Below are positions 59,597 through 64,000 of a stretch of DNA of 64,000 nucleotides, piece after piece (position 1 is the stretch's first letter; each line of letters begins with the position of its first letter). The translations under genes were made by a program, and so were the position numbers. This DNA is from Blepharisma stoltei ATCC 30299 (lineage: Eukaryota; Protista; Ciliophora), in assembly GCA_965603825.1 (NCBI GenBank), contig CBFDEM010000024.1, forward strand, positions 434,001 to 498,000, in the 5' to 3' direction. The notes under the pieces are model-generated. The model made no database searches. It was not told the origin of the DNA and was given only the letters and a program-made list of their open reading frames with translations.

Positions 59597-60460
59597 CTAT
59601 AATAAGCTACAAGAAGAGCATGATGTCGAGTCTCGGTGGCCTTCAGGGTCTTTAGACTGCTTTTGAGTCATTCTTGGGATCATGTAATGCTGCTCACTTG
59701 GGTCCGTTGTGGATAATATGTCAATATTCTGGTCTTCTGCGTCAAAGTATTCTGTCTGTGCGACAGAGTAAAAGTTTGATTTGTTGGTCATTGCAAATGA
59801 TCGGCGAATTGTTGTGGATGATCTACTTGTGTCAAGTATGACTGAAACTTTAGTTTCACCTAAATAGAGGAGCAGAGCACCCAGTAAAGGCGCTTGATAT
59901 CCATAGGCAATGATATCTTTGTTTTTCTCAAATTTTATCCCGTTAAATTCAAAAATGTTCAGTAGCTGGTTTTTCGGAATTAATTCGCCTTGCGGATTGT
60001 GATAATCAAATGCGATGATATTTGCGTTCAAAAGCTGACAATTGGTTGTGTTTTTCTTTATAAATTCTTGAGCAGTACAGATTAGGTTGTAGTTTAAGTC
60101 AAATTGGGGAGATTCTGCTAATTTTATTTGAGGTGGATCGCCGCTGACAAATTCAATTTCACAGTTTTTTAAGGTTTCGGAGCCTCCAATAAGGACTTTT
60201 ACCTTTTCAAAGCCTGCTGCTTTAAGTGACCAAAATACCTGTGTTGCACTTTTGTCGTCTCCTATATCGTAGAGAACAATTGGTCGATTTTTATCAGCTC
60301 TGATACGCTTGATGTCTTCCAAAAACTCATCAACGTCTTCTTTAATATAAAACACTCATGAATTTTCGAGATATTCTGTGACTGAGCATGACTCTGGGCC
60401 ACAATAAATAAATAGATAATTTTTCAGATTGTCTTCAGGCAGAGTAGTAAAAGGGTTCAT
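59597..60460 (-). CDS. Degenerate tandem rhodanese/sulfurtransferase-like protein with CaaL motif, 287 aa
   Basis: ATG 60460, reached through one TGA. PIVLYD.....ATQVFWSLKAAGFEKVKVLIGG is rhodanese-like; ends CSSCSLL. Confidence 0.72.
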
Positions 60461-60698
60461 TATAATTTAGGAATAAATGTAGGTTAAAAATAAAATTAAG
60501 CATTTAAGCATGAAAGTGCAATTTCTGATGACTGTTAAGTCAAGATAATTAATTGCAAAAGCCAAAAAGGTATAATAAAACTATTTTAAGGTCATATATG
60601 ACTGTTCTTCATAGTTGGTGAGTTTTGCAGTCTTTTTATGATTTGTGTTTTAGCCTACTTTTTGACTTTTGAACAGTTTTGATTAAAGCAAATATAAA

Positions 60699-61577
60699 AT
60701 GGTAGATAAAGAAGACCCTTCTTTGTCATTTTCTCAATCAATCGAAAGCTTTTCTCAATCCATCAGCAAAAACCTAACCCCCCGAAAAGTCAAAAAGCTG
60801 CTTGAAGACAGGGAAAAAGCAAAAGTTGTTATCAAAAATATCAAACATGTAATGAAAGAGCAAGGCGAACATATAAAGAAGCAGCAAAACGAATATAAAA
60901 AAGCGATTTCTACATTAGAAACCCAAAGTTTCACAACCCGTTTCCACGCTGTCGCATTTAAGCTAGAACTTGATGCAATGCGTCTAATCAGTATCAGAAG
61001 AAAATTCGATACGTTAGACCTCAAGTTAAATTTTCAAAAACTTATAAAAAATACAGTACTCGCCAAAAGGCAAGAAGAAGCTCAAATAAAAGCTTCCTTG
61101 TCCTTGTATAAATCAGCATGCACAGGAATTTGATCAGTAATAAAGAATAAATCGTACGAATATTTGTCACAATCATTCCAAGCTCTCCGTTTGGGGCCAA
61201 AACCAAAGGCAAGCAAAAATTTGAAAAGTAGATTAGAAGCGCTGAAGCAAGAAAGGAAAAAATTGAGATCGCAGCTTAGAGGATCTTCAAAAGGACAAGA
61301 TGACAGCCAAGCTTTGCAAGATTCAATTGAAGAAAATAAGCAGCTGAAAGAAAAGCTTACATCAACTGAAGAAAGTGTGGCGACTTTTATTAGAGAAATG
61401 ACCTCATTGCTGGAAAAACATGAGCCGCCAGGGTTTAGAATCCCGGATGCAGAATCACCAAGACCAGGATTGAAGGTGAAAAAGGGAAAAAGACCGAAAG
61501 CAAGAGTGCCTTTGATTTCTCCTGAAAGAAATGAGATGGCTAGAAAACATAAGAATATTAAACTACAATTTGATTAA
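60699..61577 (+). CDS. Coiled-coil hypothetical protein, 292 aa
   Basis: Two same-frame ORFs joined at TGA 61131. Confidence 0.78.
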
Positions 61578-61680
61578 GCTTAGTTTTTAATAATGAAAAT
61601 TTTAAGTTTTGTTCTATTATTACTTCAAAAGTTGTTTATCCTTGAACAATATCTTGGCTTTTTCCAATAATCATTAAATT

Positions 61681-62049
61681 ATGACTGAAAATACCAATGC
61701 TAAGGCCTGAAAACTTTTCTATTTCTGGTACAAAGAAACATATGAAACACATAAAAACGAAAGAAGAATCACTAAAATCATGAAAATAGATGAAAGGCAG
61801 TTTCTAAGAAGACAATATATGGATGCATTTGTTTGGAATGGGATTTTTCACTGTGGGATATTATGGGTTCTTTATTACTGAGGAATTTCTTCAAACCGCT
61901 TACAACAAGCAAAATTTATACCCTTTCCAATTCGATTTGGGTGTATATTTGGTGTCCCTTTGCTTTCAGCTTATCTATTTTTCCAGTCAGCTTTTTATAA
62001 CGAAAAAATTATTGAGATTGCAGAGAGATACTCATCAGAAATAAAATAA
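61681..62049 (+). CDS. Small two-TM membrane protein, 122 aa (absent from ORF track)
   Basis: MTENTNAKA(W)KLFYFWYKE...FVWNGIFHCGILWVLYY(W)G...RFGCIFGVPLLSAYLFF...EIAERYSSEIK, ending TAA; two TGA=Trp. Confidence 0.72.
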
Positions 62050-62153
62050 ACATAAGGATTTATATCCAAGACATTCTTCACTGTAAATTCTTGAATTTTA
62101 ATATTAGAAAAAAATAAATAGATCTCTATGTGACATTTTTACATTATAATATA

Positions 62154-62786
<633 letters not shown>

Positions 62787-63760
62787 TTATTATATAAATT
62801 ATATATAAGTTTGATTTGAAAACTACTATTCTCATTTGGTCTTGTGCAATTTCTTTTATGATTATTCCATAAAATTTCTGAAAAAGTCTTTTTTTGTGCC
62901 TTACCTTGTTCAAAAAAAGTGCATCCTTTGAATGTTTGTTTTTCCATTATCAGAATAATTTTAAAGCGGATTTTTCATCATTCACATTGCTATTCTTTGG
63001 TTTTCTTGAAACGAATGCTTAATTTTTGAAAAGTAATGATCATTCTAATTATGCTGATTCTAGCTGGAGATATTGATAAATCTCCATTAGTATGGAAATC
63101 AATTTCCTACCAAATGTCTTTGTTTTTACAGCAAGGCAAGAGATTAGATTTTAAGAACTCATGCTCTTTTTTGTCTTATTCTAAAGAGCAATCAATTTTC
63201 AATATTTCTAAAAAGTATAATATTTTTCAATTCTCAAATTATTTCAAAGCTTTACATCGGGCGAGATGAATGAAAAATTGGCATTTGAGTAGAAATTCTT
63301 AAAAAAATTGCTACATAGCAGGTAGATTTATACTCTTCCTTTGAAGTACAGCTTTATTCCTCTGCTATTTTTGATACTCTCGAGATTAGTGAACCATTTA
63401 TGTGTATATTAGTTTTAGGAGTTATTTATTAAACGGTAGAATTAAGCCATAATGATAAATATGAAAAATAAGAATATGAGCTATTGAGACAACACATGAT
63501 TTTTGTCTATTTAGAAGAGCTATTAGTTAATAGATTGGTTGATTTAGGAAATTATTTTTTTCATAGAACAATCCAGAATTTTTATTTTTAGAAATAAGTA
63601 TAATAACCAAAATGTTTAAAAACTAGGGACGATAAAAATTTCTGAATTAGAATTTCTTGGTCCTCCATCATCTTAAAAAATAAAAAATAAATTTTTGAGT
63701 TATTTTAATTCTTACACAAACCCTTTATCTGACTGTTATTATGATAGCAAATTTAATAAA

Positions 63761-64000
63761 ATGGATGCAGTAACCATTCGTTCCAAAATTTTCCAAGTAT
63801 TAATAGGACCTCAACTAGCCGCAATGCTATATGCATCTTTAGAATTGGAACTCCCTGAACTACTTTTAACGCCAAAATCAATAGAATTTTTATCGGAAAA
63901 GACTCAAACCCTATCAGAAAAATTAGAACGCATTCTTTTTGCACTTGAATCGTTCGGATTCTTCTCTTATAACTCTGTTAGTAAAGAATGGTCAAACTCC
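63761..64000 (+). CDS. Probable SAM-dependent O-methyltransferase (winged-helix dimerisation domain), 3'-truncated by window edge
   Basis: MDAVTIRSKIFQVLIGPQLAAMLYASLELELPELLLTPKSIEFLSEKTQTLSEKLERILFALESFGFFSYNSVSKEWSNS fits the ASMT/COMT-type dimerisation domain pattern. Confidence 0.6.
   Translation, partial: MDAVTIRSKIFQVLIGPQLAAMLYASLELELPELLLTPKSIEFLSEKTQTLSEKLERILFALESFGFFSYNSVSKEWSNS

Noticed and set aside
62800-63300. Coding-like minus-strand sequence upstream of Rab2
   Set aside because: Interrupted by several TAA/TAG and no family recognised; may be a decayed gene but cannot be supported.

Overview
Gene-dense, AT-rich eukaryotic DNA, almost certainly the macronuclear genome of a heterotrich ciliate, most likely Blepharisma. 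Two sequence features support this. First, in-frame TGA codons fall at conserved Trp positions (MYB repeats, ABCC 'WW' and 'QEPW', Las1, Rab, INTS11), and every complete gene ends in TAA or TAG, so UGA=Trp. Second, there are ten 15-nt spliceosomal introns of the form GTA......A..YAG. The supplied ORF track (TGA=stop, no splicing) therefore fragments many genes. Rebuilt by hand, the window holds about 43 protein-coding genes, two of them truncated by the window edges, with intergenic gaps as short as 6-17 bp. They include Las1, COMMD9, SPT2, SCOC, a DHHC palmitoyltransferase, an R2R3 MYB, an ankyrin-AGC kinase, NDUFAF7, an ABCC transporter, Cdc14, MMAA, an MTA9-like MT-A70 protein, FAM172A/ARB2, Pam16, INTS11, V-ATPase E and Rab2. 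There are also a tandem kinase pair, two GH5 endoglycoceramidases with a decayed third copy, and a Kelch-TPR pseudogene. The best leads are: a bacterial-type glutathionyl-hydroquinone reductase carrying a tail that mimics the ribosomal P-stalk C-terminus; a stand-alone protein with a toxin-like putative RNase domain; strongly gene-specific UGA vs UGG Trp usage; a GC-rich, possibly structured intergenic island; and several enzymes with altered catalytic motifs. All family assignments come from motif recognition by eye and memory; no searches were run. No rRNA, tRNA, CRISPR array, telomere or intact mobile element was recognised.
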